A stretch of 32,000 bases of DNA from Nostoc sp. PCC 7120 = FACHB-418 (GCF_000009705.1 NC_003272.1:4410001-4442000); one strand, 5' to 3'; numbered from the stretch's first letter, positions 10,908-20,019 are shown. Notes: generated by a model not told the origin, from the letters alone. Program-made: numbers and translations.

Positions 10908-11957
10908 ATGAAAGAGAAAGACGTAAAAATACTTTGGGGTCGTTCTGGAAATCGATGTGCTATTTGCAAAATTGAATTAACACCTGTTGGTTCAAAAAGC
11001 GTACTAGGCGAAATGGCTCATATTATTGCTGATTCACCTCAAGGCCCTCGCGGAGATAGTCACCTTACTTCTGAACAAAGAAATGAATACGATAATCTAA
11101 TTCTTTTATGTCCAACACATCATACCTTAATCGATAAAAATGAAGAAGAATGGACAGTAGAAAAATTAAGAATTATCAAGTCAGAACATGAAAATTGGGT
11201 TTCTAAGCAACTGAGTAACAACAATATTTATATTAATTCAATTGATAATTCAAAGTTTATTGAATCTAGAGAAAAATCATGGATTAGTTTCTCTGATAAT
11301 AAACTCTGGTTTATAACAAGTCTTACACCTCTTCATATTTATGAAGACAGTATTGATCCTTTAACACCAGAGTTATATAGCCTAATCAAGAGCTTGAGTT
11401 TACCTAAGTTTAATGGCTATTTTATGTTTTCAGATACTTTGAATCAATATAATACAGTACCTAATGAATACGGAATTATTAATCAAGAATCCCCAAACGA
11501 AGTCCAAAACAAACTTGGTCATAAAATTCAAGTTTTTAGAAACGGTCACTGTGAATTCTTAATGTGTTTAGAATATCTGAGAACTGGTAGAGATAATTCA
11601 TCTAATGATGTTTTAAAATATGACGATATGAGAAACAGTTTTATTTCCCAGATAGAAGGAATACTAAATATCTGGAGTAAAACTTTACCATTTAATGATA
11701 TGTTATTAACAGTAATGATGACTAATACTACTTATATCAGCTTATATTCGGGTCAACAAACATATAATGGTTATTTACTAGGAACTCCAGTAACTTCACC
11801 AACACTGAAATACAGTAGAGTTATTAATAAAACAGAAAAGCTACAATTTTTGCAGGATTTAGTAATCAAAAGGTTTGTGAACTACTTTGGGTTAAATATT
11901 AACAGTGTGTTTGCTGAAAATGGAAATATTAATTTGCCTAAGATACTTTATTACTAG
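10908..11957 (+). CDS. HNH endonuclease domain (aa ~15-85) fused to an unrecognised ~240-aa C-terminal domain
   Basis: CAIC(17-20)...AHII(H38)...NLILLCPTHHTLID (N63, C68, H71/H72) is a CxxC/CxxH zinc-finger HNH signature. The rest is rich in N/S/I/K/Y with no motif I recognise. The gene is strongly AT-rich. Confidence 0.75.
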   Translation: MKEKDVKILWGRSGNRCAICKIELTPVGSKSVLGEMAHIIADSPQGPRGDSHLTSEQRNEYDNLILLCPTHHTLIDKNEEEWTVEKLRIIKSEHENWVSKQLSNNNIYINSIDNSKFIESREKSWISFSDNKLWFITSLTPLHIYEDSIDPLTPELYSLIKSLSLPKFNGYFMFSDTLNQYNTVPNEYGIINQESPNEVQNKLGHKIQVFRNGHCEFLMCLEYLRTGRDNSSNDVLKYDDMRNSFISQIEGILNIWSKTLPFNDMLLTVMMTNTTYISLYSGQQTYNGYLLGTPVTSPTLKYSRVINKTEKLQFLQDLVIKRFVNYFGLNINSVFAENGNINLPKILYY

Positions 11958-12208
11958 CAATCAATCTTTGTGCTATGAGACCTCCAAGTAAATAACTATT
12001 CCCTCGCTATGGCAACCTGGAGGATTGGTGAGGCTAGGCGAGAAAGAGTCTCTTCATCGTCTTCATACTCCCATAGAATAATTGAATTTTGGGAAGTCCC
12101 TATGGCTAATTTCTGCTATCTCAAATTCTCAATTAAGGACATAGTCTAATTCGCCAATTTTTATGGGGTCATATTATGTGCAATTCTTTAATTCATCAAG
12201 ACATAAGT

Positions 12209-12736
12209 TCAACTTGCAGCCAAAAGTTCATCAAGTTTATTTTTTAAGTCTGGGGATACCATTAATGGATTGTAAACTTCTCCCTCATAAGGTTGCCAAA
12301 CATAACCAGAACTAAAAAGTCTAAAAACTTGTAATGTTTCAACTTCCTGCTCAATTTTTTTGGCTAACACTAATCCTGGGATAGATAAATTAGGTAAGTC
12401 TTCAATCAGTTCACTATAGGTTCTAAATTCATCCACTTCTACACCTACTAAAGCATAACGAAATGGTGGGGCAATACGTAGATGTTTATAGAGTCAAATA
12501 CCTAATTCTGTCATTAAATAAGCACTTTCAGGACTATCTATTCCCATTTCACTAATATTATTGGGATAAACGCGACACCACCAATTGTTTTCGATATCTT
12601 GAAAAGTATCTGCACGACATAGGCATGGGCTACCATTTGAGAGTATCAATATTTGACCCATAAAATGTTGAGCAAATTTTATGGCACTGATTTCTTCAGA
12701 TCCACATTCTGCTGATAAGCTAAATATCCATGCCAT
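12209..12736 (-). pseudogene. ~175-codon reading frame of unknown function interrupted by a single in-frame TGA (12494-12496)
   Basis: ORFs 12494..12736 and 12209..12436 are in the same frame (both start positions are congruent to 1 mod 3). Translation continues sensibly across the stop: ...LMTELGI*LYKHLRIAPPFRYALVGVEVDEFRTY... The second ORF's listed start is only a GTG. Confidence 0.6.
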
Positions 12737-12799
12737 TTCTGTAGCCTCCTATTGTTATATTTCTAAATATTATTGATTACTAATTTTGCAGAAACTTAA

Positions 12800-13639
12800 A
12801 TGAGCGAAACTGACACTATAGTAAAAGGCTGGCATGGCAAACTTAATTTAGTCTACGCCGATCGCTCAAATTCCACCCAGTTAATTTACAACCACCAGCA
12901 AGCACCGCTAAAGGTACAGCGTCCGTTTTATCCAGAAGGGGAAAAAGTCTGTCATAGTGTGATCTTACATACGGCCGGGGGTGTGGTGGGAGGCGATCGC
13001 CTATCTTATAATCTCCATCTCCAACCGAACGCACAAGCTTTAATTACCACAGCCGCCGCCGGGAAGGTATATCGCAGCGACGGCTTACAAGCTAGACAAA
13101 CCATCGAGATAAAAATTGATGCAGGTGCTTGTTTAGAATGGCTACCGCAGGAAACAATTTTATTTAATGGGGCAATTTATCGCCAAGATTTACGGGTAGA
13201 ATTAGCCACTGGAGCCAATTTCTTAGGCTGGGAAATTACCCGATTTGGTCGTAGTGCTAGAGGAGAGAAATTCTACCAAGGAGAATGGCGATCGCATACA
13301 GAAATTTGGCAACAAGGTGTTCCTTTGTGGATTGATCGTCAATGGCTACCGGGAAATGACGCCGTTTTCCACAGTCCTCATGGTTTGGCTGGACAACCAA
13401 TAGTAGGTAGTCTAGTTTGGTTGGGTAGTCCCATTTCCACAGAAATCATCGAAAAAGCGCGCAATTTAGGGAATACTCAAGGTGAAGCAGGCGTTACTTC
13501 CTTAGAAAATGGATTTTTATGTAGATATCGTGGTGCTTCCACGTCTGAAGTGAGAAACTGGTTTACGTCTGTTTGGCAATTGTTGCGAGGTGAGTTTTTC
13601 AGTCGTGGTAAATGTATACCCAGAGTGTGGCAAACTTAA
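12800..13639 (+). CDS. ureD: urease accessory protein UreD
   Basis: 279 aa, immediately upstream of ureA. Contains HTAGGVVGGD and WLPQETILF, typical UreD/UreH blocks. Confidence 0.88.
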   Translation: MSETDTIVKGWHGKLNLVYADRSNSTQLIYNHQQAPLKVQRPFYPEGEKVCHSVILHTAGGVVGGDRLSYNLHLQPNAQALITTAAAGKVYRSDGLQARQTIEIKIDAGACLEWLPQETILFNGAIYRQDLRVELATGANFLGWEITRFGRSARGEKFYQGEWRSHTEIWQQGVPLWIDRQWLPGNDAVFHSPHGLAGQPIVGSLVWLGSPISTEIIEKARNLGNTQGEAGVTSLENGFLCRYRGASTSEVRNWFTSVWQLLRGEFFSRGKCIPRVWQT

Positions 13640-13666
13640 TTCGTAATTTGTAATTCCTAATTAATT

Positions 13667-13969
13667 ATGCAGCTTACGCCACAAGAGAAAGATAAATTAT
13701 TGATTTTTACAGCCGCTTTAGTAGCAGAGAGGCGCAAAAATAGGGGGTTGAAACTTAACTATCCAGAAGCCGTGGCGTATATTTCTGCTGCTATTTTAGA
13801 AGGTGCGAGGGATGGCAATACAGTATCAGAGTTGATGAGTTATGGCACAACTCTTTTAACACGAGATGATGTTATGGAAGGGATAGCAGAAATGGTACAT
13901 GAAGTGCAGGTAGAAGCAACTTTTCCTGATGGGACAAAGTTAGTAACTGTGCATAATCCTATTCGTTAA
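13667..13969 (+). CDS. ureA: urease subunit gamma
   Basis: 100 aa. [23 protein letters not shown]...VTVHNPI is canonical. Confidence 0.96.
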   Translation: MQLTPQEKDKLLIFTAALVAERRKNRGLKLNYPEAVAYISAAILEGARDGNTVSELMSYGTTLLTRDDVMEGIAEMVHEVQVEATFPDGTKLVTVHNPIR

Positions 13970-13989
13970 TTTAATAAATTTAATTAATT

Positions 13990-14316
13990 ATGATTCCAGG
14001 GGAAATAATTACACCAAGCGGGGAAATTGAATTAAATGCTGGTCGTGATACTGTAAAATTGCTGGTTGCTAATACAGGAGATAGACCAATTCAAGTTGGT
14101 TCCCATTTTCATTTTTATGAAGTTAATTATGCGTTAATTTTTGATAGGGAATTGGCGTTAGGAATGCGTCTGGATATTCCTGCGGGGACGGCGGTTAGGT
14201 TTGAACCTGGGGATGAGAAGGAAGTGAGTTTAGTTCCTTTGGTTGGGAGTCGTCGGGTTTATGGGTTTAATGGGAGGGTGAATGGGGAAATTAACGCAGA
14301 GGGGCGCGGAGGTTAG
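13990..14316 (+). CDS. ureB: urease subunit beta
   Basis: 108 aa. MIPGEI...[14 protein letters not shown]...GDEKEV.LV. The last residues (AEGRGG) and the stop codon are encoded inside the left inverted repeat of the downstream cassette. Confidence 0.94.
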
Positions 14317-14320
14317 CGCG
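14295..14320. repeat. left 26-bp inverted repeat flanking the GxxExxY gene
   Basis: cgcagaggggcgcggaggttagcgcg matches the reverse complement of 14741-14766 at 25 of 26 positions. Confidence 0.85.
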
Positions 14321-14333
14321 GAGGGGTGCGGAG

Positions 14334-14726
14334 TTAGAGGTTGTTGGCTACGCGTTTGATGCCTTCTTTGAGGTGGAGGACTTTAAAGTTGAGGAGGAGT
14401 GCGAGTTTAGAATTAGTGAGTTTTAAATTAGTGAGTTTTAAATAAGTTAGAAGTTGTACTGCGTGAATGGGTTTAAGAGATTCCACAGATTTGATTTCAA
14501 TAATTACTTTATTTTCTACTATTAAATCCAATCGATAAACACAATCTAATTCCACTTCTTTATACACCAAAGGTACGGGAATTTGTCTACCCACTCTAAG
14601 TCCCTCCCGCCTCAACTCATAAAACAAACACTCCTCATAAGCCGACTCCGACAACCCTGGCCCCAACACCGTATGCACCCTCATCCCACACCCAATTATC
14701 ATCCCACTCAAATCATTCTCCTCCAT
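14334..14726 (-). CDS. GxxExxY family protein (PD-(D/E)xK nuclease fold), antisense inside the urease cluster
   Basis: GLSESAYE is the GxxExxY signature. D in YRLDLIV plus EIK in VIIEIKSV gives a D...ExK nuclease motif. Length (130 aa) is typical of the family. Confidence 0.8.
   Translation of the reverse strand: MEENDLSGMIIGCGMRVHTVLGPGLSESAYEECLFYELRREGLRVGRQIPVPLVYKEVELDCVYRLDLIVENKVIIEIKSVESLKPIHAVQLLTYLKLTNLKLTNSKLALLLNFKVLHLKEGIKRVANNL
14411..14440. repeat. perfect 15-bp tandem duplication (aattagtgagtttta x2) inside the GxxExxY CDS
   Basis: Read directly. It is in-frame and yields [10 protein letters not shown] in the protein. The flanks 14403-14410 and 14441-14445 are degenerate partial copies. 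Confidence 0.9.
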
Positions 14727-14740
14727 TCTCCTCTATCCTT

Positions 14741-14766
14741 CGCGCTAACCTCCGCGCCCCTCCGCG
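14741..14766. repeat. right 26-bp inverted repeat flanking the GxxExxY gene
   Basis: cgcgctaacctccgcgcccctccgcg. It ends 28 nt before the ureC ATG. Confidence 0.85.
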
Positions 14767-14794
14767 TTTCAATCTTAACCTCAAGGAATACACC

Positions 14795-16501
14795 ATGCCC
14801 TACAGAATGTCCCGCCAAGCCTACGCTGAAACCTACGGCCCCACAGTAGGCGATCGCATCCGACTTGCTGATACAGAATTATTTATACAAGTAGAGCAAG
14901 ACTTCACAACCTACGGCGATGAGGTGAAATTCGGCGGTGGTAAAGTCATTAGAGATGGGATGGGACAATCTCCCATTGCTAACGCCGATGGTGCAGTAGA
15001 TTTAGTCATTACGAATGCTTTAATCCTCGATTGGTGGGGGATTGTCAAAGCAGATATCGGCATTAAAGATGGCAAAATATTTAAAATTGGGAAAGCCGGG
15101 AATCCCTATATTCAAGATCATGTAGATATTATTATCGGCCCTGGAACCGAAGCCTTAGCGGGGGAAGGAATGATTCTCACGGCTGGCGGTATTGATACCC
15201 ATATTCATTTTATTTGTCCCCAACAAATTGAAGTAGCGATCGCCTCCGGTATCACTACTATGATTGGCGGCGGTACAGGCCCAGCCACAGGAACCAACGC
15301 CACCACCTGCACCCCCGGCCCTTGGAATATGTACCGGATGCTGCAAGCGGCTGATGCGTTTCCTATGAACTTAGGATTTTTAGGTAAAGGTAACGCCAGT
15401 CAACCTCAAGGCTTAGTAGAACAAATTTTTGCGGGTGCAATTGGTTTAAAGCTGCACGAAGATTGGGGAACCACACCCGCCACCATTGATACTTGCTTGA
15501 CTGTAGCCGACGAATACGACGTACAAGTGGCCATTCACACCGACACCCTCAACGAAGCCGGATTTGTCGAAGATACCATCGCCGCTTTTAAAAATCGCGC
15601 CATCCATACTTACCACACCGAAGGCGCAGGCGGTGGACACGCACCAGATATTATCAAAGTCTGTGGACAAGCCAACGTTCTTCCATCTTCCACCAACCCT
15701 ACCCGCCCTTACACCGTCAACACCTTAGACGAACACCTCGATATGTTGATGGTATGTCATCACCTTGATCCAGCGATCGCTGAAGATGTGGCTTTTGCTG
15801 AATCCCGCATCCGCCGCGAAACCATCGCCGCCGAAGATATTCTCCATGATTTAGGCGCGTTTAGTATGATTGCTTCCGATTCCCAAGCTATGGGCAGAGT
15901 AGGGGAAGTAATAATTCGCACTTGGCAGACATCCCACAAAATGAAGGTGCAACGGGGAAGCCTTACCGGAGATGCTGAAGCAGACAATTTAAGAGCTAAA
16001 AGATATGTTGCTAAATACACAATCAATCCGGCAATTACGCATGGAATCGCTCAGTATGTAGGTTCTGTAGAAGCAGGTAAACTTGCAGATTTATGTTTGT
16101 GGCGACCAGCGTTTTTTGGTGTCAAACCAGAGATAGTCATTAAAGGCGGGATGATTGCTTGGTCACAAATGGGTGATGCTAACGCCAGCATTCCCACACC
16201 GCAACCTGTGCATATGCGTCCCATGTTTGGTAGTTTTGCAGGTGCGAGAAATGCCACATCTTTAACCTTTGTTTCCCAAGCCGCTTTAGAAAGAGAAATT
16301 CCTCAGCAATTGGGTTTACGAAAATCAGCAGTCGCAGTTTCTGGAACTCGCCAATTAACTAAACAGGATATGAAACTGAATGATGCCTTACCTCATATAG
16401 AAGTAGATTCAGAATCCTATGAAGTTAGAGCCGATGGGGAATTGTTGACTTGTGAACCTGCAACAGTGTTACCAATGGCGCAGAGGTATTTTTTATTTTA
16501 A
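14795..16501 (+). CDS. ureC: urease subunit alpha
   Basis: 568 aa. [16 protein letters not shown] (carbamylated Lys), HTDTLNE, MVCHHLD. Confidence 0.97.
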   Translation: MPYRMSRQAYAETYGPTVGDRIRLADTELFIQVEQDFTTYGDEVKFGGGKVIRDGMGQSPIANADGAVDLVITNALILDWWGIVKADIGIKDGKIFKIGKAGNPYIQDHVDIIIGPGTEALAGEGMILTAGGIDTHIHFICPQQIEVAIASGITTMIGGGTGPATGTNATTCTPGPWNMYRMLQAADAFPMNLGFLGKGNASQPQGLVEQIFAGAIGLKLHEDWGTTPATIDTCLTVADEYDVQVAIHTDTLNEAGFVEDTIAAFKNRAIHTYHTEGAGGGHAPDIIKVCGQANVLPSSTNPTRPYTVNTLDEHLDMLMVCHHLDPAIAEDVAFAESRIRRETIAAEDILHDLGAFSMIASDSQAMGRVGEVIIRTWQTSHKMKVQRGSLTGDAEADNLRAKRYVAKYTINPAITHGIAQYVGSVEAGKLADLCLWRPAFFGVKPEIVIKGGMIAWSQMGDANASIPTPQPVHMRPMFGSFAGARNATSLTFVSQAALEREIPQQLGLRKSAVAVSGTRQLTKQDMKLNDALPHIEVDSESYEVRADGELLTCEPATVLPMAQRYFLF

Positions 16502-16594
16502 CATTCGGATTAATTCCATCAAATTTTCAATTGCCAGATTGTTTATAGGGAGCTATCCTACTCTACGGAAGAGTCAAGCCTGATATTTAGCTCA

Positions 16595-17818
16595 GTGCTT
16601 GCTAATAACAACATCCCTATTACCCTTCGGCATGACATGAGTTCACAATCTTCTCAATCTGGCAAAATTCTAGTTGTTGATGATTCTCCAGATAACGTGT
16701 TTTTGATTAAAACCATTTTGGAGGAAGAAGGCTATACAGTTAGTACCGCCGAAAATGGCATCTCAGCATTAGCAGAATTGCAAGCATCCCCTTGTGATTT
16801 GGTGTTATTGGATCTAATGATGCCAGGGATGGATGGTTATGAAGTCACTAGGCGAGTGCGGGGGGAAATGAAGTTACCGCAATACATCCCCATTTTATTG
16901 ATTACCGCCCATGATGCCCCGAATGTAGCGCATGGATTAGATTTGGGTGCTGATGATTTTATTCGTAAACCTGTCACGGTGGACGAATTACTGGCAAGAG
17001 TGCGATCGCTTCTCCGTTTGAAGCATAGTATGGATGAACGTGACGAAATAGCTCGCCAACGCGAAGATTTTGTCTCTCGTCTCACCCACGATTTACGTAC
17101 TCCCTTGGTAGCGGCTGATCGGATGCTGGCACTATTTCAACAAGGTGCTTTGGGAAATTTATCACCCCAAATGCAGGAAGTAATCGCTATTATGGCGCGG
17201 AGTAATATTAACCTGTTGTCAATGGTGAATACTTTATTAGAGGTTTATCGCTTTGAAGCTGGTCGCAAAACCTTGGCATTTCAACCAGTCGATCTTAGCC
17301 AATTATTAAATGAGGTGATTGCAGAACTGACACCCTTGGCTCAAGAAAAAAACTTGGCAATTAATAGCTATTTGGGCGACGCATCAACACCAAATATACT
17401 AGGCGTTGGCGTTCCGCCCACCGTAGGTGATCGCTTAGAATTGCATCGCTTATTTACCAACCTTATCGGTAACGCCATCAAATTTACCGCCTCTGGCTCA
17501 GTGACTATCCGCCTCAAAGCCCTTATATTAAATGCTAAACAAGATTTTTCTGACCTTTCCTTACCTTCTAGCAACATCGACTATATACAAGTTGAAATCG
17601 CAGATACAGGCGCAGGTATTCCATTAGAAGAACACGCCACATTATTTGAAAGATTTCGTCAAGGTAGTCATAAAATCTCTGGTAGTGGTCTAGGCTTGTA
17701 TCTTTCTCGGCGCATTGTTGAGGCTCATCACGGTAAAATAGTAGTTAATTCAGAGTTAGGAAAAGGCAGTGTTTTTGTCGTTAGTTTACCTATTCAAATA
17801 GTAGGGAAAGCAGACTAG
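16595..17818 (+). CDS. hybrid response-regulator/histidine kinase (REC-HisKA-HATPase)
   Basis: REC with ILVVDD and LVLLDLMMPGMDG. H-box FVSRLTHDLRTPL, N-box LIGNAIKFT, G1 DTGAGI, G2 GSGLGL. The GTG at 16595 is the longest start; the ATG at 16637 (MSSQSS) is an alternative. Confidence 0.88.
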   Translation: MLANNNIPITLRHDMSSQSSQSGKILVVDDSPDNVFLIKTILEEEGYTVSTAENGISALAELQASPCDLVLLDLMMPGMDGYEVTRRVRGEMKLPQYIPILLITAHDAPNVAHGLDLGADDFIRKPVTVDELLARVRSLLRLKHSMDERDEIARQREDFVSRLTHDLRTPLVAADRMLALFQQGALGNLSPQMQEVIAIMARSNINLLSMVNTLLEVYRFEAGRKTLAFQPVDLSQLLNEVIAELTPLAQEKNLAINSYLGDASTPNILGVGVPPTVGDRLELHRLFTNLIGNAIKFTASGSVTIRLKALILNAKQDFSDLSLPSSNIDYIQVEIADTGAGIPLEEHATLFERFRQGSHKISGSGLGLYLSRRIVEAHHGKIVVNSELGKGSVFVVSLPIQIVGKAD

Positions 17819-17869
17819 ATGAAAATATTTTGAGAGTTTGAGAAAGTAGAAAATTAAGGGCTAGAAAAG

Positions 17870-19252
17870 ATGCTTACTATTGAAACCTCAAAAATCAAGG
17901 AAATAATTCAACAACAACGTAATTTTTTTCAGGCTGGACAAACTAAAGATATCAACTTTCGCCTGGAACAACTCAAGAAACTGAGAAAATTAGTTACTGA
18001 TAATGAAACAGCAATAACCAAGGCATTAAAAGCGGATTTAAACAAATCAGAATATGAAGCTTACTTTGCAGAGGTTGGTGTAATTAAAGAAATTGATTAT
18101 GCGATCAAAAATCTGAAAAATTGGTCTAAGCCCAAAAAAGCAGATGTTCCCCTAGACTTCTTTTCTTATTCAGCCCGAATTTATCCAGAACCGCTAGGAG
18201 TCGTTTTAATTATCTGTCCTTGGAATTACCCATTCGCATTAACAATTTCACCGCTAGTAGGGGCGATCGCCGCCGGAAATTGTGCCATTATCAAACCTTC
18301 AGAACTTGCACCTCATACCTCTAATTTAGCAGCACAACTGATTAGTAAATGTTTTCCCAGTGAGTATGTGGCAGTAGTAGAAGGTGGTGCAGAAACTAGC
18401 CAAGAGTTACTAGCCGAGAAGTTCGATCATATATTTTTTACTGGTGGTACAGCCATAGGCAAAATTGTTATGGAAGCCGCCGCCAAACATCTCACACCAG
18501 TTACATTAGAGTTGGGTGGCAAAAGTCCTTGTATTGTTGATAGTAATATTCATCTAGAATATACAGCTAAACGCATTGCTTGGGGTAAGTTCATTAACGC
18601 CGGACAAACTTGCATCGCGCCTGACTATCTTTTAGTTAATCAGAAAATTAAAAAAGATTTAATTGCTGCTATACAAAAAAATCTCCAAGAATTTTATGGC
18701 GATAACCCAATAGATAGCCCTGATTACGGGAGGATTATTAGCCATAGACATTTTGAGCGTTTAGCTAAATTTCTCAAAAATGGTCAAGTTATTGTTGGTG
18801 GGGAAACGAACTACGAAGATAAATATATTGCTCCCACATTACTAGATAACGTTTCTTTGGCAGATCCTGTGATGCAGGAAGAAATTTTTGGGCCGATTTT
18901 ACCTATGATTGAATACACAGATATAAAAGATGCGATCGCCCTCATTAATTCTCAACCAAAACCCCTAGCTTTATACATATTTTCCCAAAATAAAGCCCTA
19001 CAGCAACAAGTTCTGCAAGAAACTTCATCTGGTGGAGTGTGTATTAACGACACAATCATGCACGTTGGTGTTTCATCCCTACCCTTTGGTGGTGTAGGCG
19101 ATAGTGGTATTGGTAGCTATCACGGTAAAGCCAGCTTTGACACCTTTTCCCATTACAAAAGTGTTTTGAAAAACGCCTTCTGGCTAGACCTAGATTGGCG
19201 TTACGCACCCTACAAAAATAAATTATCTTTACTCAAACGAATGATGAAGTAG
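17870..19252 (+). CDS. NAD(P)-dependent aldehyde dehydrogenase, class-3-like
   Basis: 460 aa. ELGGKSP (catalytic Glu), GQTCIAPDY (catalytic Cys), EEIFGPILP. Confidence 0.9.
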   Translation: MLTIETSKIKEIIQQQRNFFQAGQTKDINFRLEQLKKLRKLVTDNETAITKALKADLNKSEYEAYFAEVGVIKEIDYAIKNLKNWSKPKKADVPLDFFSYSARIYPEPLGVVLIICPWNYPFALTISPLVGAIAAGNCAIIKPSELAPHTSNLAAQLISKCFPSEYVAVVEGGAETSQELLAEKFDHIFFTGGTAIGKIVMEAAAKHLTPVTLELGGKSPCIVDSNIHLEYTAKRIAWGKFINAGQTCIAPDYLLVNQKIKKDLIAAIQKNLQEFYGDNPIDSPDYGRIISHRHFERLAKFLKNGQVIVGGETNYEDKYIAPTLLDNVSLADPVMQEEIFGPILPMIEYTDIKDAIALINSQPKPLALYIFSQNKALQQQVLQETSSGGVCINDTIMHVGVSSLPFGGVGDSGIGSYHGKASFDTFSHYKSVLKNAFWLDLDWRYAPYKNKLSLLKRMMK

Positions 19253-19299
19253 GGGATTAGGGATTAGGGATTGGGGATTGGGGATTGGGGATTGGGGAT
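19252..19299. repeat. STRR-type heptamer array ([G/A]GGGATT) x ~6.9
   Basis: ggggatt agggatt agggatt ggggatt ggggatt ggggatt ggggat. It starts on the last base of the aldehyde dehydrogenase stop codon. Confidence 0.95.
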
Positions 19300-19325
19300 G
19301 AGTAAATCAGGAAATAGGAATTAAA

Positions 19326-19353
19326 ATTCCTCATCCCTTTGTGGATGAGGAAT
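19326..19353. terminator. 11-bp perfect hairpin between convergent genes
   Basis: attcctcatcc (19326-19336), loop ctttgt, ggatgaggaat (19343-19353). On the minus strand it is followed by TTTAATTCC. Confidence 0.5.
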
Positions 19354-19373
19354 CTGGTAGTGGGTAATTGGAC

Positions 19374-19401
19374 TATTACCCATTACCCATTACCTATTAC
19401 C
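19374..19401. repeat. heptamer array ATTACC[C/T/A] x4
   Basis: attaccc attaccc attacct attacca. An inverted copy, gggtaat (19361-19367), precedes it. The array lies just 3' of the minus-strand molybdoenzyme gene. Confidence 0.9.
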
Positions 19402-19410
19402 AATCCTCCA

Positions 19411-20019
19411 TCAACTATATCTTTCCTCTTCCCACGGTTCACCACGACGATGGTAGCCGTTGCGTTCCCAAAAACCCAATTCTTCCTGATCAAGAAACTC
19501 CAATCCATTAATCCACTTGGCACTTTTCCAGGCGTAGAGATGGGGGACAACTAGACGCATCGGCCCTCCATGTTCCGAGGGTAGGTCTTCACCAAATAAC
19601 TTAAAAGCGAAAAAATTCTCTTCCCTGACAAAATCTGCCATGGCGATATTCGTGGTGTAACCGCCATAGCAGTGTTCCATGACATGAGCAGCCTTGGAGT
19701 CTACCTCAATCAGATTAATAAAATCTGTTACCTTAATCCCCGTCCACTTGACATCCAGCTTAGACCAACGGGTTACACAGTGAAAGTCAGCTGTAAATTC
19801 ATTATGAGGTAAGTTCATGAAATCAGACCAAGTAAAAACGGCTGGTTTTGCCAAACCCCAAACCCGAAACTCCCAACCATCCAAACTAACTTTAGGGGCT
19901 GCACCATAAGTTAATACAGGAAAACCCTTAGCTAAATGCTGTCCAGGGGGAACGCGATCGCTATTTTCCTGATCTGGTTTCTGAAAAAATTTTCCTAGCA
20001 TACTCTTAGTAAAAATCAA
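19411..20019 (-). CDS. sulfite-oxidase-like oxidoreductase, molybdopterin-binding domain protein
   Basis: 202 aa. HCVTRWSK (Mo-ligand Cys context), GGPMRLVVPHLYAWKSAKW and GFWERNGYH are typical of the Oxidored_molyb family. The start may be the internal MLGKFF. Confidence 0.8.
   Translation of the reverse strand: MIFTKSMLGKFFQKPDQENSDRVPPGQHLAKGFPVLTYGAAPKVSLDGWEFRVWGLAKPAVFTWSDFMNLPHNEFTADFHCVTRWSKLDVKWTGIKVTDFINLIEVDSKAAHVMEHCYGGYTTNIAMADFVREENFFAFKLFGEDLPSEHGGPMRLVVPHLYAWKSAKWINGLEFLDQEELGFWERNGYHRRGEPWEEERYS

Noticed and set aside
12009-12150. Short plus-strand ORF (MATWRIGEARRERVSSSSSYSH...) in the islet's central spacer
   Set aside because: It is about 46 codons with no RBS and low-complexity sequence. 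It cannot be distinguished from chance.
12494-12496. TGA as selenocysteine or programmed recoding
   Set aside because: I can identify no SECIS-like hairpin immediately downstream on the coding strand, and cyanobacterial selenoproteins are not something I can support here. It stays as an open alternative inside the pseudogene finding, not as a claim.
14583-14849. 88-aa plus-strand ORF across the GxxExxY gene and into ureC
   Set aside because: It is antisense to the motif-bearing GxxExxY frame, Pro/Thr-rich and low-complexity, and it runs out of frame into the ureC start.
19339-19554. 71-aa plus-strand ORF
   Set aside because: It begins in the heptamer array and overlaps the 3' end of the molybdoenzyme gene in antisense.
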